Shown here piece by piece: positions 42,813 to 58,455 of a stretch of DNA of 64,000 bases. The DNA is taken from NCBI GenBank assembly GCA_951406725.2, contig OX597836.1, positions 33,976,001 through 34,040,000 on the forward strand, read 5' to 3'. The translations under genes and the position numbers were made by a program. The stretch's first letter is position 1. The number at the start of each line of letters is the position of its first letter. The notes below the pieces were generated by a model that searched no databases, was not told where the DNA came from, and saw nothing but the letters and a program-made list of their open reading frames with translations. The DNA is from Octopus vulgaris (taxonomy: Eukaryota).

Positions 42813-42911
42813 ACTTTCTCATCTTCCCGAGCGTTCAACTAATATACCTGTTTGTTATTTACATACCTGTCTTCATCTTTTTGTTTTGTAAATTCCAGCT
42901 ATATGCATACA

Positions 42912-42966
<55 letters not shown>

Positions 42967-43107
42967 CGTTAACCGCTACACACATTTTTTTTCTCTCCTT
43001 GTTTTTTCGTAGGCCCGAAACATATAGTTTTTCTATTCCGGAGCGTTATACCAATACATCTGTTTTGTACACCACCTGTCTTCGTCTTTTGCTTTTCCGT
43101 AAACTCT

Positions 43108-43203
<96 letters not shown>

Positions 43204-43863
43204 TTCTTTATTTCAACTAAATATCCGCAAAATTTAATAATCATTTGATTTCATTCTATATGCGTATAGCACTTCACTAATTTCTTCTTCCGAGAATTTA
43301 AACTTGCGGAAAAAAAACAAACAAAACAATATAGACAAAAACACAAAAACGACTAATTTCGTTGATTTACAGAAAATATTTGCTGTGCAACTTCCAAGCA
43401 GGCTAAGCAAAGGTTCTTGTTCGACATGAACACATTTTCTAGACTCAGTTCCGCAGCTTGAATTTGACGGCAACAAAGCAGACTAGATTATATTAAATGT
43501 CTATGAATACACATTGATAACAATCTTTAAATGGAAATCATATAACCCTCAGGCGAATACTCAAATCTATTTGTACCTTATCTCGTACGCAAATTAATTT
43601 TCCTAGACATGAGGTACTAAAGATATATCAAACTAATATTTGTTATCTACTCCACCCCCACTAAATTGCAGGCCTTGTGCCAAAAATTTGAGACCAAATT
43701 AGTTATCTACTAAAGGCGGCGATATATAGGAGAATCGTTAGCACGGTGGGCAAAGTGTCATTTTGTCCGTCTTCACGTTCAGATTTCAACTTCTTCCGAG
43801 GTCTTACAGTACCAGGAGAGAAGACAAAAAGACAAAATAAACTAGTGAAAAATAACTGGATAA

Positions 43864-43919
43864 TTTCAGATCTCGGATTTCTGGCTCTGCATTAGAAATG
43901 CTTTGCCTCTTCAGTGGAA
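43864..43919 (-). ncRNA. Hammerhead motif
   Basis: TTCCA-CTGAAGA-GGC..GCATT TCT AATGC..GCC-A-GAAA TC CGA GA TC-TGAAA. Confidence 0.55.
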
Positions 43920-43941
43920 TATACACAGTACATAAATACAA

Positions 43942-44039
<98 letters not shown>

Positions 44040-44590
44040 CGTACGAATACTTACATATACGAACGTATACATACATACATATATATATGCACGTATGCAC
44101 CCGACCAGTTTAAATTATCCGCCTAACAACTCCTCGTGCGATATGGTCAAATATATCACCGCAGTGAATATAATGACGAAATTTATAAATATAATTTATA
44201 TATAAATATATATTTTATCTTTTTACATATTTCAATTCACGATTACATCACTGTACATAAATCCCCTCACTAAACAAGGTTTTTGAAACTTGTCTTTGTC
44301 TGTACATATATATTCCCCTCCGATAACCGAAAGCTGAACAATTATCTCCCTTACCCACAACAATAACAATAGTAACGATAACCAATGACCTCCCTTTATT
44401 TATCTACTCGTGAAGTCATTCACTCGTGAATTTCATCGCACACAACATGGACAAAATTTCTTCTTAACAAAAAATACAAATTCAAATAAGTAAAAACATA
44501 ATATCATGAATAGCGATAGCGAAACCGGTCGATATATTAAAAATTATATTAAAACTATGTAAGTGTGCGTATTTTACTTTTTAAATTTCC

Positions 44591-44623
<33 letters not shown>

Positions 44624-45246
44624 TCATACACACACACGACAGGAAAACAGATCGCTTGTTTGGCATAAAAAAACTATTTTAGTTTACTCTTGAATAGAGA
44701 ATATCACACACACGTTATGTAGGTGAATGCATTTTTTCTTAAAACACCAAGTAAACAATGGTGATCTCAGAAACGCGTAACAGCAAAGATAAGGTCGAAA
44801 TCACAATCCATTTTAGTGTGTGAGTGCATTCGTGTAAGTACGTGTCAGCGTTTCTGTTTATGTGTGTGTGAGTGTATTTGTATTTATGTGTGTGTATGTG
44901 TGCCTGTGTAGGTCAATTATCATATGTGCTTGTGTGTGCATTTTCGTGCTAAGATACAGGTGCCCAAGCGATCTCACACTCAAATACACACACATACGCG
45001 CACAGAAATACACACACACACACACATACATATATAAACACAATGCAAATATGCGCCTAATGTTGGTTCTGCTTATTTATATAGCTAAAAGCTTTCTTTT
45101 TAAACTTTAACGTGCTTATACTTAAGTGTATATAACACATATAAGTGTGTATATAGATACACATAAAAACACAAACACAAACACACACATACACACATAA
45201 ATACAAATATGCACACATATATCTATATATACCATTCAAGTGCCAG

Positions 45247-45277
<31 letters not shown>

Positions 45278-45299
45278 CACACACACATATATATATGTA

Positions 45300-45337
<38 letters not shown>

Positions 45338-45428
45338 GTATTTATTTATAGCTATTGGTATAGGCATCTGTTTATAGATATATATCTGTACTCACACATG
45401 TATATGTGTACATATACGTATGCATATA

Positions 45429-45459
<31 letters not shown>

Positions 45460-45600
45460 GATATAGATGTATGCATATATATATGTATGTATATACACAC
45501 ACATATATGAACATATTCGTGCATACCTACATATCTATTTATCTGTCTGTCTATGTATGTATGTGTGTGAGTGTGTACATACATGTATATATATATATAT

Positions 45601-45661
<61 letters not shown>

Positions 45662-45689
45662 TATATATATATATATATTTCTCTTTTTC

Positions 45690-45901
45690 TCTTTCACTTG
45701 TTTCAGTCATTTGACTACGGCCCAGCAAATCAACTCCAGGACTTATTCTTTGTAAGCCTAGTACATATTCTATCGGTCTCTTTTGCCGAACTTACGAGGA
45801 ATTAAATACACCACCATCGGTTGTCAAGCGATGCTGGGGGGGTCAAACACAGACACTCAAACATATACACACACATACATACACACACAAACACACACAC
45901 A

Positions 45902-45946
<45 letters not shown>

Positions 45947-46722
45947 GCATATACACGACAGGCTTCTTTCAGTTTCCGTCTACCAAATCCACTCACAAGG
46001 CTTTGGTTGACCCGAGGCCATAGCAGAAGACACTTTCCCAAGGTGCCACGCAGTGGGACTGAACCCGGAACCGTGTGGCTGCTAAGCAAGCTACTTACCA
46101 CACATCCCCTCCTGCGCCTACACATACACACTTATTACATGTATGATGTGTGTATAAATATATACACACATACACATCGCTGAGAGATATATACTTCAAT
46201 GCAATAGCCATGTATGTGCGACTATTCGCGCACACATATATGAATGTGTGATTAATTAAACACATAAACACACACACATACATATATATATGCATACAGG
46301 CACAGGAGTGGCTGTGCGGTAAGTAGCTTGCTAACGAACCACATGGTTCCGGGTTCAGTCCCACTGTGTAGCATCTTGAGCAAGTGTCTTCTGCTATAGC
46401 CCCGGGCCGACCAATGCCTTGTGAGTGGATTTGGTAGACGGAAACTGAAAGAAGCCTGTCGTATATATGTATATATACATATGTATATGTATGTATGGGT
46501 ATGTGTTTGTGTGTCTGTGTTTGTCCCACTAGCATTGCTTGACAACCGATGCTGGTGTGTTTACGTCCCCGTCACTTAGCGGTTCGGCAAAAGAGACCGA
46601 TAGAATAAGTACTGGGCTTACAAAGAATAAGTCCTGGGGGGTCGATTTGCTCGACTAAAGGCGATGCTCCAGCATGGCCGCAGTCAAATGACTGAAACAA
46701 GTAAAAGAGTAAAGAGTAAAAG
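45690..46722. mobile_element. Two divergent SINE family A copies (45690-46120 -, 46298-46722 +)
   Basis: Head and tail motifs in opposite orientations. Confidence 0.85.
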
Positions 46723-46899
46723 AGATACATATGCATACACTCACACGTACTTTCACATTACTAACGCATTACTAACACCACGCGGCATTTCTATCGCCGT
46801 AAACAACTTATGACAGCGCATCTTGCACCGAGCGGTCTTGGCGAATTCATAACATCTCACTGGCACACCTCTCACTCAAAAGTTTACTTTAGCTCCATC

Positions 46900-46935
46900 G
46901 CCACCACCACCACCACCACCAACACCAACGCCACC

Positions 46936-46969
<34 letters not shown>

Positions 46970-47020
46970 TCATCATTGTCATCATCATCATCATCATCAT
47001 CATCGTCGTCGTCGTCGTCG

Positions 47021-47051
<31 letters not shown>

Positions 47052-47140
47052 TATCATTATCATCATCATGGTCGTTATCATTGTCATCACCATTGTTATC
47101 ATCATCATCATCATCATCGTCATCATCATCATCATCATCG

Positions 47141-47175
<35 letters not shown>

Positions 47176-47298
47176 GTCATCATCATCATCGTCATCATCA
47201 TCACCGTCATCATCATTATCATCATCATCATCGTCATCATCATCATCATTATCATTATCATCATCATCATGGTCGTTATCATCGTCATCACCATTGTT

Positions 47299-47340
<42 letters not shown>

Positions 47341-47370
47341 GTCACCATCACCATCACCACCATCACTAAC
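46900..47370. repeat. (ATC)n/(ACC)n array with ~200-bp internal duplication
   Basis: ATGGTCGTTATCAT.GTCATCACCATTGTT occurs twice. Confidence 0.9.
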
Positions 47371-47492
47371 TACACGAGGAAAACCACCACCGTCTCCCTA
47401 ATAATATTCATACTGTCACAATCTCCAGCCACAACGCTGAAAGTGTATGTTAGTGTCTTTGTGTGTGTGTACGTAAATGTATGTGTGAATAC

Positions 47493-47526
<34 letters not shown>

Positions 47527-47539
47527 ATGTATATATACA

Positions 47540-48209
47540 CACAGGAGTGGCTGTGAGGATAGTAGGTTGCTTCCCAACCACATTGTTCCGGATTCAGTCC
47601 TACTTTGGGCAAGTAGTGTCTTCTACTATAGCCTCGGGCCAACCAAAGCCTTGTGAGTGGATTTGGTAGATGGAAACTGAAAGAAGCCCGTCGCATATAT
47701 GTGTGTGTGTGTGTTTGTGTGTATGTATATGTTTGTGTGCCCGTGTTTGTCCCCCAACATCGCTTGACAACCGATGCTGGTGTGTTTACGTCACCAGCAT
47801 CGGTATTGTATAATATATATTATAATATATATTATACAAAATCCGTTCTGTCTGTCTGTGTGTTTGTCTGCTAGGAATCGGGCATCCTCAATCCGATTGC
47901 TCTCAAATTTGATATGTAGATACCGACGGTATCAGAGCGTGTATAAATATTGAAAAAATTATAAAAATCGATTCCAGGTGAGAATGCGATCGATAAAGCC
48001 GTGGGAACGTGCATTTGTACGCGCAAGTACATCAGCTGTTGCGATCGATACTATGCGTACGCGAGAAAAATGCACGTGCAGTTTGCGCAAAAAAAGCCGG
48101 CAAAAACAGGTAACGCTGCGATTGACTGGCATCCCGTCCAGCTGGGGAACATACGCCATAGAAACCCGGAAACCGGGCCCATGAGCCTGGCTAGGCTTTA
48201 AAAGGGTGC

Positions 48210-48215
<6 letters not shown>
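47540..48215 (+). mobile_element. Composite: SINE A 5' part, Helitron-like 5' fragment, SINE C 3' part
   Basis: 47540-47795 SINE A; ~47825-47980 resembles Helitron 5' ends; 48110-48215 matches 1830-1935. Confidence 0.6.
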
Positions 48216-48273
<58 letters not shown>

Positions 48274-48298
48274 GTTGTTGTTTTTGTTGTTGTTGTTG

Positions 48299-48356
<58 letters not shown>

Positions 48357-48768
48357 GTGAGAGAGTGAGAGAGTGAGAGAGCAGTTTATGCCATCAAAGT
48401 GACACTGGGGTAAAATATACGAAGCCCAATATACCCATCATGACTACCCGTCTGATAAAGGTACACCAGGCACATGCATCACAACCATATGTGCGCGACA
48501 TGGTGATCTCATATCAAGATAAACAGCACATGACCTTGCAAGTGGGGCCCAGTTAGAATTTTCTTCAGGTTGAGTAGCCCATCCCGCTCAAACGGTCCTA
48601 TTATCATTATTATTATTTATATATACATATATATAAATATATCTGTGTGTGTGTGAGAATGTGTGTATGTGTATCCTTCTGCGTTTTCTGTGTACTGCAC
48701 TCTCAGATTTTTCCCGTTTCTTCTCTTATTCAATTTTCTTATTTTTAGTTCGTTATGATATGTGGTGT

Positions 48769-48825
48769 GTGCCTGATGAATATATGTGTAAGGTATTTCT
48801 CAGCATACGAAACTATTAGTAGCAC
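48769..48825 (+). ncRNA. Type I hammerhead motif with canonical core
   Basis: GTGC-CTGATGA-..TATG/CATA stem II-C-GAAAC TATTA GTA-GCAC. Confidence 0.8.
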
Positions 48826-48922
48826 TTAAAGACATGAACTGTCTCATTTAAATAAATAATATTTATCTCTCACCAGATGCAGTACTTCTTTTTGTTGATC
48901 TTTCTATCACGGAACAGTACAT

Positions 48923-48955
<33 letters not shown>

Positions 48956-49010
48956 ACATATATATATATATGTGTATGTGTGTGAGTGTGTGTGTGTGTA
49001 TGTATATATG

Positions 49011-49047
<37 letters not shown>

Positions 49048-49164
49048 TTATGTGTGTGTGTATGTGTGTCTGTGTGTATGTATTATCTACGAATATATAT
49101 ATACATGTAGATATACGAGTGTGTATTTGTATATGTATATCTGTCTATCTATATTTCCATTTGT

Positions 49165-49207
<43 letters not shown>

Positions 49208-49212
49208 AATAA

Positions 49213-49257
<45 letters not shown>

Positions 49258-49258
49258 C

Positions 49259-49315
<57 letters not shown>

Positions 49316-49608
49316 ACGAAAGATTAGTTTTAAAAATTGTATTTATACAACGGTGTTCATGAGTTATGCTGTGTTTGGATAAGAGTATATGTGTCGTGTG
49401 CGTGCATTTATTTTTATACGTATGTATATATTTATATATATATATATATATATATATACATACATTTAGATATATGTATATGTAAATGTATGTCTGCACG
49501 CATGAGCATACATATTACACAGGTGTACATACGTACATAAACATTCTTATAAAGACATTAAAAAATGTTTTGAGTTATCAATGACTAAGGCTATCTCGGT
49601 GCTTTAGT

Positions 49609-49758
<150 letters not shown>

Positions 49759-49866
49759 TACATACATACATACATACACATACATATACATATATATATT
49801 TCTATGTATATAGATATACATGCATATGTAAATGAACAGGTATACATATATGTATATATCTATATA

Positions 49867-49954
<88 letters not shown>

Positions 49955-50036
49955 CATATATATATCAATAATAAAGTGATCGTTTCTTATCAGGAACAAA
50001 ATGTTTAATAGTACTGCTTTAGAAGTGTTCAATTAA

Positions 50037-50091
<55 letters not shown>

Positions 50092-50295
50092 CAGTGTGCG
50101 TTCAAACACATAAGAGACATCCATCATAGGATTCACGCCAGAGAGAACAGTTAAATTCCAAACCACCACTAGGGATAAAATTTCGAAGTCTATTGACTAA
50201 ATTTTTACACGCTAGGGCTCTGGTAATGGAAATTTCTAATATTACTGATTATTATATTTGATATTTTTAATTATATATATAGTGTACGTACGCCG

Positions 50296-50355
<60 letters not shown>

Positions 50356-50359
50356 TCAA

Positions 50360-50680
50360 AATGGGACAAGAACGCAAAACATCCAGAAGATGATACAAAA
50401 AACACTGACGGATCATTCGAAGCTTTTAATCGTCTGTTAAGAACCGGATCATCCTCGCAATTTCGGCTGATTAATCTTGAGATTGCTCCAATCTGGCCAG
50501 CCCCAAGGAAAAACTAAGCTAAGAGCATTAGATTCCTTGGAAAAAAGCTTCGAATGCATACGAAACAAGCACGGAAAAACGGACGATGTTACACGAATAT
50601 AAATACAAAAATAATACGAGAAAACAATAATAATAATAATAATAATAACAATAGGACATCACAACAGTCGTCTTTCGACT
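50360..50680 (-). mobile_element. Interspersed repeat, probable PLE 3' end (related copy 17205-17362)
   Basis: Shared GGGACAAGAA.GCAAAACATCC and AAGAACCGGATCATCCTCGCAATTTCGGCT; both next to (TA)n. Confidence 0.5.
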
Positions 50681-51000
50681 GGAAACGAATTGAATTCAGC
50701 TGGGGTGTTATACACACACACACCCAAGGATGTGATGAATTGCACTTGGCTTTAAGGGTATCGTAAAAGGCCTGGTTCTTTTACAGGGCTTGAAAAGCTG
50801 AAGGACCACTGTAATTAGTGTAAGAATCGGAGAAGAGAACCATAATAAAACGATAATTAACTGATCCGTCTGTGTTTTCTTTCCCTCAAAGCCAGGAATT
50901 TTTACAGCAGCCTCTAGAGCGTATGTGTGCCTTCATGTGTGCGTCTATATGTGTATGTATGTGCGTGCTTGCGTGTGTGTGTGTGTGCCTGCATTTGAAG

Positions 51001-51047
<47 letters not shown>

Positions 51048-51290
51048 TTTGGCACAGGCACATGGCCTTAATGGTGAACACCGTTAGCTTGGCGATTCTT
51101 ATGTCACGAAAATGCAATTCCGGGTTCGGGTGCAGTGTTGTGCTTTTCATTTCATGTTGTTTAACAGTACACTTGCGTCCGGTTCATGAGTTCGCGGTTA
51201 AAATCTCGGCCGCTTTTATGCCTTCAAATCCGTTTAGCTCCAGTATCATAAGACTCTTGGCCGGAGATCGACTTTTAAAAATGTATGTAC

Positions 51291-51321
<31 letters not shown>

Positions 51322-51381
51322 TGTATGTATGTATGTACGTGTTTGTGCATATGTGTGTATGAATGTGCATCAGTGAGTCTC

Positions 51382-51421
<40 letters not shown>

Positions 51422-51428
51422 CGCACAC

Positions 51429-51472
<44 letters not shown>

Positions 51473-51509
51473 GTATATGTATATGTATATGTGTGCGCAG
51501 GAATGTCTG

Positions 51510-51615
<106 letters not shown>

Positions 51616-51703
51616 AGAGTTGACGAAAAAAAACAAAAGACGAAGACAGGTGGTGTACAAAACAAACAGATGTATTAGTATAACGCTCAGGAATAGAAAA
51701 AGT

Positions 51704-51739
51704 CTTTTACGTTTCGAGCCTACGCTCTTCTACAGAAAG
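51704..51739 (-). ncRNA. HHR-like motif, CUGUAGA core
   Basis: CTTT-CTGTAGA-A-GAGC GTAG GCTC-GAAAC GTA-AAAG. Confidence 0.6.
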
Positions 51740-51806
51740 GGACAGAAAAAAAACAAAGAGAGAAACAAGGAGAGAAAAAAATGTGTGTAGTGTCTAACGA
51801 TCTATC

Positions 51807-51897
<91 letters not shown>

Positions 51898-52078
51898 GAG
51901 ACAGATAGATAGATAAATAGATAGATAGATAGATAAATAGATACATAGACAGACATATATACATATGAATTTTTAGTGTTATACAACAAAAATAAACGCA
52001 CACACATACACACACACATGTATGCATCATTATCACAGAAATACGTAAAAAAGTTTTGTACGTGCATATATTTATATA

Positions 52079-53336
52079 CAGGGGTTGGACAAAATAATGG
52101 AAACACCTAATATCATAGCATCATAATTCTGAAATATCTATAAAACCGTCAAAAGCGCGTGTGTTTTTTTATGTTTTTTTATTTATTATTAGTGTTGCTT
52201 AATATGTTTTGCTAAAATTGCTGTTTCTTTTCAGATATCATCAGAAAAATGTAATAAAAATTAATTAAAATGCCAGATCTATCGGATGTCAAATTGTTGG
52301 TGCTCGTATGGCAGGTGCTAGCGTAACGAAAAACAGCCGAAATGTTTGGTGTATCAAGAAGAATTGTCACGAAAGTAATGACAGCCTTTGAGAAAGAGGG
52401 AAAAACTCCTCGTCGAAACAAAACTCCGGAAGAAACCAAAGCTTTCAGATAGGGACCGTCGGATTCTTACACGAATTGTTAAAAAGGATCACAAAATTAC
52501 AGCTCCCAAAATTACTGCAGAGCTTAATGACCACTTCGGGAATCCAGTTTCCACAAAAACTGTTTGCTGGGAGCTGCACAAAGCTGGATTTCACGGGAGG
52601 GCTGCAATCAGAAAACCACTACTTTTAAAAACAAATGCTGCTAGGTGTTTAGGGTAGAGTAATATCTTACAGAATTAGTCCCTAGAGCAGTGGAAGAATG
52701 TTATTTTCTCGGACGAGTCATCTTTTACCCTATTTCCGACCACTGGCCGAGTATATGTGTAGAGACAGCCAAAAGAAGTATTTGACCCAGACTGCCCTCT
52801 TCCAACTGTTACTTATGGAGGGGGATCTGTGATGATCCGAGGCGGGGCTATATCTTGGAAATCCGCCAACCCAATGGTTTCCCTTCATGGCAGAATTAAT
52901 AGTGAAGACTACTTAAGCATGTTATCTGATCAAATTCATCCTATGGTTGCGGAAGTGTTTCCGGAGGGAAGCGCAGTTTTTCAGGATGATAATGCACCAA
53001 TTCACACAGCTAAAGTTGTTACTAAATGGCACGAGGAACATTCTAGTGTAGTTGAACATCTTATCTGGCCACCACAGTCCCCAGATCTCAATATTTCTGG
53101 TGCGTTTTAGAAAAAACAAGTAAGGAGCCGATATCCTCCACCATCATCACTACAAGAACTGGAGACTCTTTTAGCTGAAGAATGGACAAAAATTCCTTTG
53201 GAAACAATTCAAACTTTGTACGAGTCCATACCTCGTAGAATTCAAGTTGTAATTACTGCCAAAGGCGGTCCTGCCCCATATTAAAATATATTTGTTTGAA
53301 ATTTTAAGGTGTTTCCATTATTTTGTCCAACCCCTG
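52079..53336 (+). mobile_element. Full-length Tc1-like DNA transposon (inactive)
   Basis: 30-bp TIR CAGGGGTTGGACAAAATAATGGAAACACCT at both ends; TA target on both sides. Confidence 0.95.
52270..53284 (+). pseudogene. Tc1 DDE transposase pseudogene
   Basis: VIFSDES, FQDDNAPIH and WPPQSPDLN motifs; several TAG stops and frameshifts. Confidence 0.9.
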
Positions 53337-53394
53337 TATATATATTCATATAATTAGATACATACATACGCCCATGCATATCTACATACATACA

Positions 53395-53428
<34 letters not shown>

Positions 53429-53444
53429 CACACATACATACATA

Positions 53445-53860
53445 CAGGCGCAGGAGTGGCTGTGTGGTAAGTAGCTTGTTTACCAACCACATGGTTCTGG
53501 GTTCAGTCCCACTGCGTGGCACCTTGGGCGAGTGTCTTCTACTATAGCCTCAGGTCGACCAAAGCCTTGTGAGTGGATTTGGTAGACGGAAACTGAAAGA
53601 AGCCTGTCGTATATATGTATATATATATCTATGCATGTGTGTGTTTGTGTGTCTGTGTTTGTCCCCCCCCTAGCATTGCTTGATAAACGATGCTGGTGTG
53701 TCCCCGTTACTTAGCGGTTCGGCAAAAGAGACCGATAGAATAAGTACTGGGCTTACAAAAGAATAAGTCCCGGGGTCGAGTTGCTCGATTAAAGGCGGTG
53801 CTCCAGCATGGCCGCAGTCAAATGACTGAAGCAAGTAAAAGAATAAAAAAGAGAAAGAGT
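53445..53860 (+). mobile_element. SINE family A, full length
   Basis: GGCGCAGGAGTGGCTGTGTGGTAAG head, GGTTCAGTCCC B-box, tail. Confidence 0.9.
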
Positions 53861-53897
53861 AATACATACATACATACATACACATACATACATACAT

Positions 53898-53928
<31 letters not shown>

Positions 53929-53997
53929 TACATACATACATACATACATACATACATACATACACACACACATACATACATACATACATACATACAT

Positions 53998-54028
<31 letters not shown>

Positions 54029-54484
54029 TACATACATACATACATACATACATACATACATACACACACACATACATACATACATACATACATACATACA
54101 TACACACACACATACATACATACATACACACATACATACATACATACATACATACACACACACACATACATACATACATACATACATACATACATACATA
54201 CATACATACATACATACATACATGTGTGTAAATTGAACTTGGTTGAATCATGTGCATGTTTCGTTTCCCTGGAATATGTCGTTGTTCAGAATTTATTCTA
54301 ATCTTTGGCCTCCTTCGATTGCCAATCCTTTTACGAACGCGTTGGCAGCTATCCTTGATTCTGGGGTTATAACTCCTGAGTCATCATCAGCGCTGTTCTC
54401 GTTGTCATCGTCGTCATCATCATCATCAACATCATCACCAGCATCACCAGCACCACCACCAACACCAGTGCCATCATCATCAGT

Positions 54485-54536
<52 letters not shown>

Positions 54537-54680
54537 CCCATCATCACCATCCAAGTCATCATCAGCACTACCACCACCGCCACCACCACCCACCACCACC
54601 ACCACCACCACCGGTACCACCACCAACACCAGCACCACCAACACCACAATACCACCACCACAACCATCATTTTTATAATC

Positions 54681-54728
<48 letters not shown>

Positions 54729-54735
54729 GTCATCG

Positions 54736-54766
<31 letters not shown>

Positions 54767-54794
54767 CATCACCATCATCACTATCATCATCATC

Positions 54795-54826
<32 letters not shown>

Positions 54827-54850
54827 CATCATTATCACCATCATCATCAC

Positions 54851-54911
<61 letters not shown>

Positions 54912-54974
54912 GTCATCGTCGTCGTCGTCATTGTCGTTCAGTTCTATATGTAAGAGATGATGAATTATGTACAT

Positions 54975-55222
54975 TTTATTCTTTTATTTGTTTCAGTCAT
55001 TTGACTGTGGCCAGGCTGGAGCACCGCCTTTAGTCGAGCAAATCGACCCCAGGACTTATTCTTCGTAAGCCTATTCTCTTGCCGAACCGCTAAGTGACGG
55101 GGACGTAAACACACTACCATCGGTTGTCAAGCGATGCTGGAGAGATAAACACAGACACACAACTACACACACACACAGACACACACACACAGACACACAC
55201 ACATAGACACACACACACACAG

Positions 55223-55254
<32 letters not shown>

Positions 55255-55445
55255 ACAAGCATACATATATGTATATATGCGACAGGCTTCTTTCAGTTTC
55301 CGTCTACCAAATCCACTCACAAAGCTTTGGTCTGCCCGAGGCCATAGTAGAAGACACTTGCTCAAGGTGCCACGCAGTGGGACTGAACCAGGAACCATGT
55401 GGTTGGTAAGCAAGCTACTTACCACACAGCCACCCCTGCGCCTAT
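54975..55445 (-). mobile_element. SINE family A, full length
   Basis: Reverse complement of 53445-53860. Confidence 0.85.
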
Positions 55446-55740
55446 ATCTACTACATTACTTAAGTGTGGCCTTCAATACAGCTATTTAGAACAACGGGTT
55501 ACGATTTGGGAAACAGGGAGAGAAAAAAAAGAGCGAAAAAGAGAGGGAAAGTGGGAGGGAGGTAGAAGGGGTGCGAAAAGGAAATTTCGCTGCTATTTCT
55601 AGCAGGGTGAGTCGACCATATGGAATCTTCTTTTTGTTCTTTTAATTTTCCATTTTTATTTACTTCGCTTTACCTTTCCGTCAACCGACGGTAAGTTCTT
55701 CTATATTCATCTCTTTAGAGATTCCCTAGCTATATATATG

Positions 55741-55800
<60 letters not shown>

Positions 55801-55806
55801 TGCGTG

Positions 55807-55847
<41 letters not shown>

Positions 55848-56442
55848 TTTGCTTTCTTTACTAAAACTCTTGAAGACTTTGGTAATAAGGAGTGACATTC
55901 TGTCAACATACTTGTTAGAATAGAAATATGAAATATGTTAACAAAGAATAAAGTAGCAAAAAAAAAAAACAAAAAAAAAATCAAAAAACGAACAAAAAAC
56001 AAAAATCAAAAAAAGAAACAAAAAACAACCAACTAGCAACAGCAACAACAACAAAAAACCCCAGAAAAATACAACTACAAAAAAAAAGAACAAAAAAAAA
56101 ACCAAGCAACAAAGGAAGCCGACGATGTTAAGCAAAAACAGGTGTTCGCGATGTTTTGTGGTGAGTGGTGGGAGGAGGAGGGTGGGCGGTTCCATATAGA
56201 GAAGATGGTGGGATGCGGGGGGTAGGGGGCGGGTAGAGACGGTTGTTCCATATGGAGAAGACGACGGGGGTGGGGAGAGGGGGAGAAGGAGGGAGCAAGG
56301 AGCAGGGACGTTTTTATCCGTGTTCTATGGGATTTTGTAAAAAAAATCTTTTTTTTGTTGTTTTGTTTTGTTTTTGTTTTTTATTCGTGTGTTTATGAGG
56401 AGGAGGCCTTGTTCGCTACTGTGATTTATACCAGTCACGGTA

Positions 56443-56506
<64 letters not shown>

Positions 56507-56563
56507 CATGACCACAGACACTTAAACGCACACATAGGTACATATGCATGTGTGCGCGTTCGT

Positions 56564-56615
<52 letters not shown>

Positions 56616-56747
56616 ATATATATATGTATGCATATATATATATATATATATATATATGCATACATATATATATATATACACACATATATATATACACATA
56701 TATACATATATATATATATATACATACATACATATAAATATATATAT

Positions 56748-56778
<31 letters not shown>

Positions 56779-56796
56779 CATATATATACACACACA

Positions 56797-56919
<123 letters not shown>

Positions 56920-57131
56920 ATATATATATACACATATATATATCTATATATGTATGTACAGGTACATGCATACTAAATCTTTCTTATGCACATATTCAGG
57001 CTGTTCCCGTTGTAACCGGAAGTAAATACGGATTTTCTGTTTCCTATCTCACCCCCAACTTCCTGCCACCTGGAATCTTATCCTGAGAGGAACATTGTTA
57101 TATCCTAACTGTTGGTTACTAATCGGATCGG

Positions 57132-57186
<55 letters not shown>

Positions 57187-57191
57187 CATAC

Positions 57192-57295
<104 letters not shown>

Positions 57296-57470
57296 ATATA
57301 TGTATATATATACGTGTGTATGTGTCTCAGTGTGTGTGTAAGTGTGTGAATGTGTATAAACATACATCCGTGCATAGAGAGAGAGAGAGAAAGAGAGAGA
57401 AAGAGAGGGAAAGAGAGAGAGATAGACATATACTTGGATATATGTATATCTTCATATGTAAGTGCAAATG

Positions 57471-58348
57471 CACGAGGTCTGATCAATAAGTATTCGGGCT
57501 GTTGCCATAGTAACGAAGTTAAAGCATGCACAATGACGTCACTCGGCACAGATTGGCCTTGACCGCCACTGTACATGCGCACTAAGTTTATACGGTCTAG
57601 CTAACTTCCGCTGTTTGCAGCAGTGCTTGGAAATAACGTGTGTAGCGTGTGATCGTCGCATTGAGCCTGACAGAGAAAGTTTTCATGGTGATACCTGCTC
57701 AGAGGCCCACGCAGATTTGCAGAAAGTGTATGGAGAGGAGTGTATGAGCCGCACACAAGTGTACGAGTGGTTCAGACGTATTCAAGACGGCCGAAAATAT
57801 ATCGATATTGACAAAAGTTCTGGGAGACTCGCAACCAGCAGAACTGAGAAAAACATCGCAGATGTGCGTGCAGCTATGAAGGGAAATCATGGAATCACCA
57901 TCCGTGAGTTATCAGAGGATGTGCAGATAAGTTACGGTTCAGTTCAGTCCATTAACACTGAAAAATTGAGTATGAGACGCGTGTCTGATAAGTTTGTGAC
58001 AAAACTGCTTTCAGCTGACCAAAAAGACACTCGGGGTTCCAGTTGCACAAGAACTCCTTGATTGTGTCGAGATCGATGAAAACTCTTTGAAAACTTTGCG
58101 TAGGCCTCTGAGCAGGTATCACTAAGCTTTTGGCAAAATTTGATGCCGATTCTCTGCTCAGCTTTATTCTGTCATGATCAATGCGACGATCACACGCTAC
58201 ATACCTTCCTTCCAAGCACTGCTGTAAACAGCGGAAATGAGCCAGAACGTTAAAACTTAGTGCGTATGCACAACAGAGTTCAAGCGGCTTCACACTGCAT
58301 GCTTTAGCTTCATTGCTATGGTCCGAATACATATTGATCAGACCACGT
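57471..58348 (+). mobile_element. mariner derivative with long inverted 5' duplication
   Basis: LQKVYGEECMSRTQVYEWFRR...SGR HTH relic; ~57471-57715 inverted at ~58095-58348. Confidence 0.85.
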
Positions 58349-58455
58349 ATGTGTGCATATATATGCATATACTTACATACATCCATACACACACACACAC
58401 ACAAAAGCAGCAGCATTATCCCACAACAACAAGAACAACAGCAGCAGCTGCAGCA

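Noticed and set aside
54243-54974. Acidic or Ser/Ile-rich ORFs with a short unique segment
   Set aside because: Mostly (ATC)n; the unique ~150 nt shows no recognisable motif or clear splice sites.
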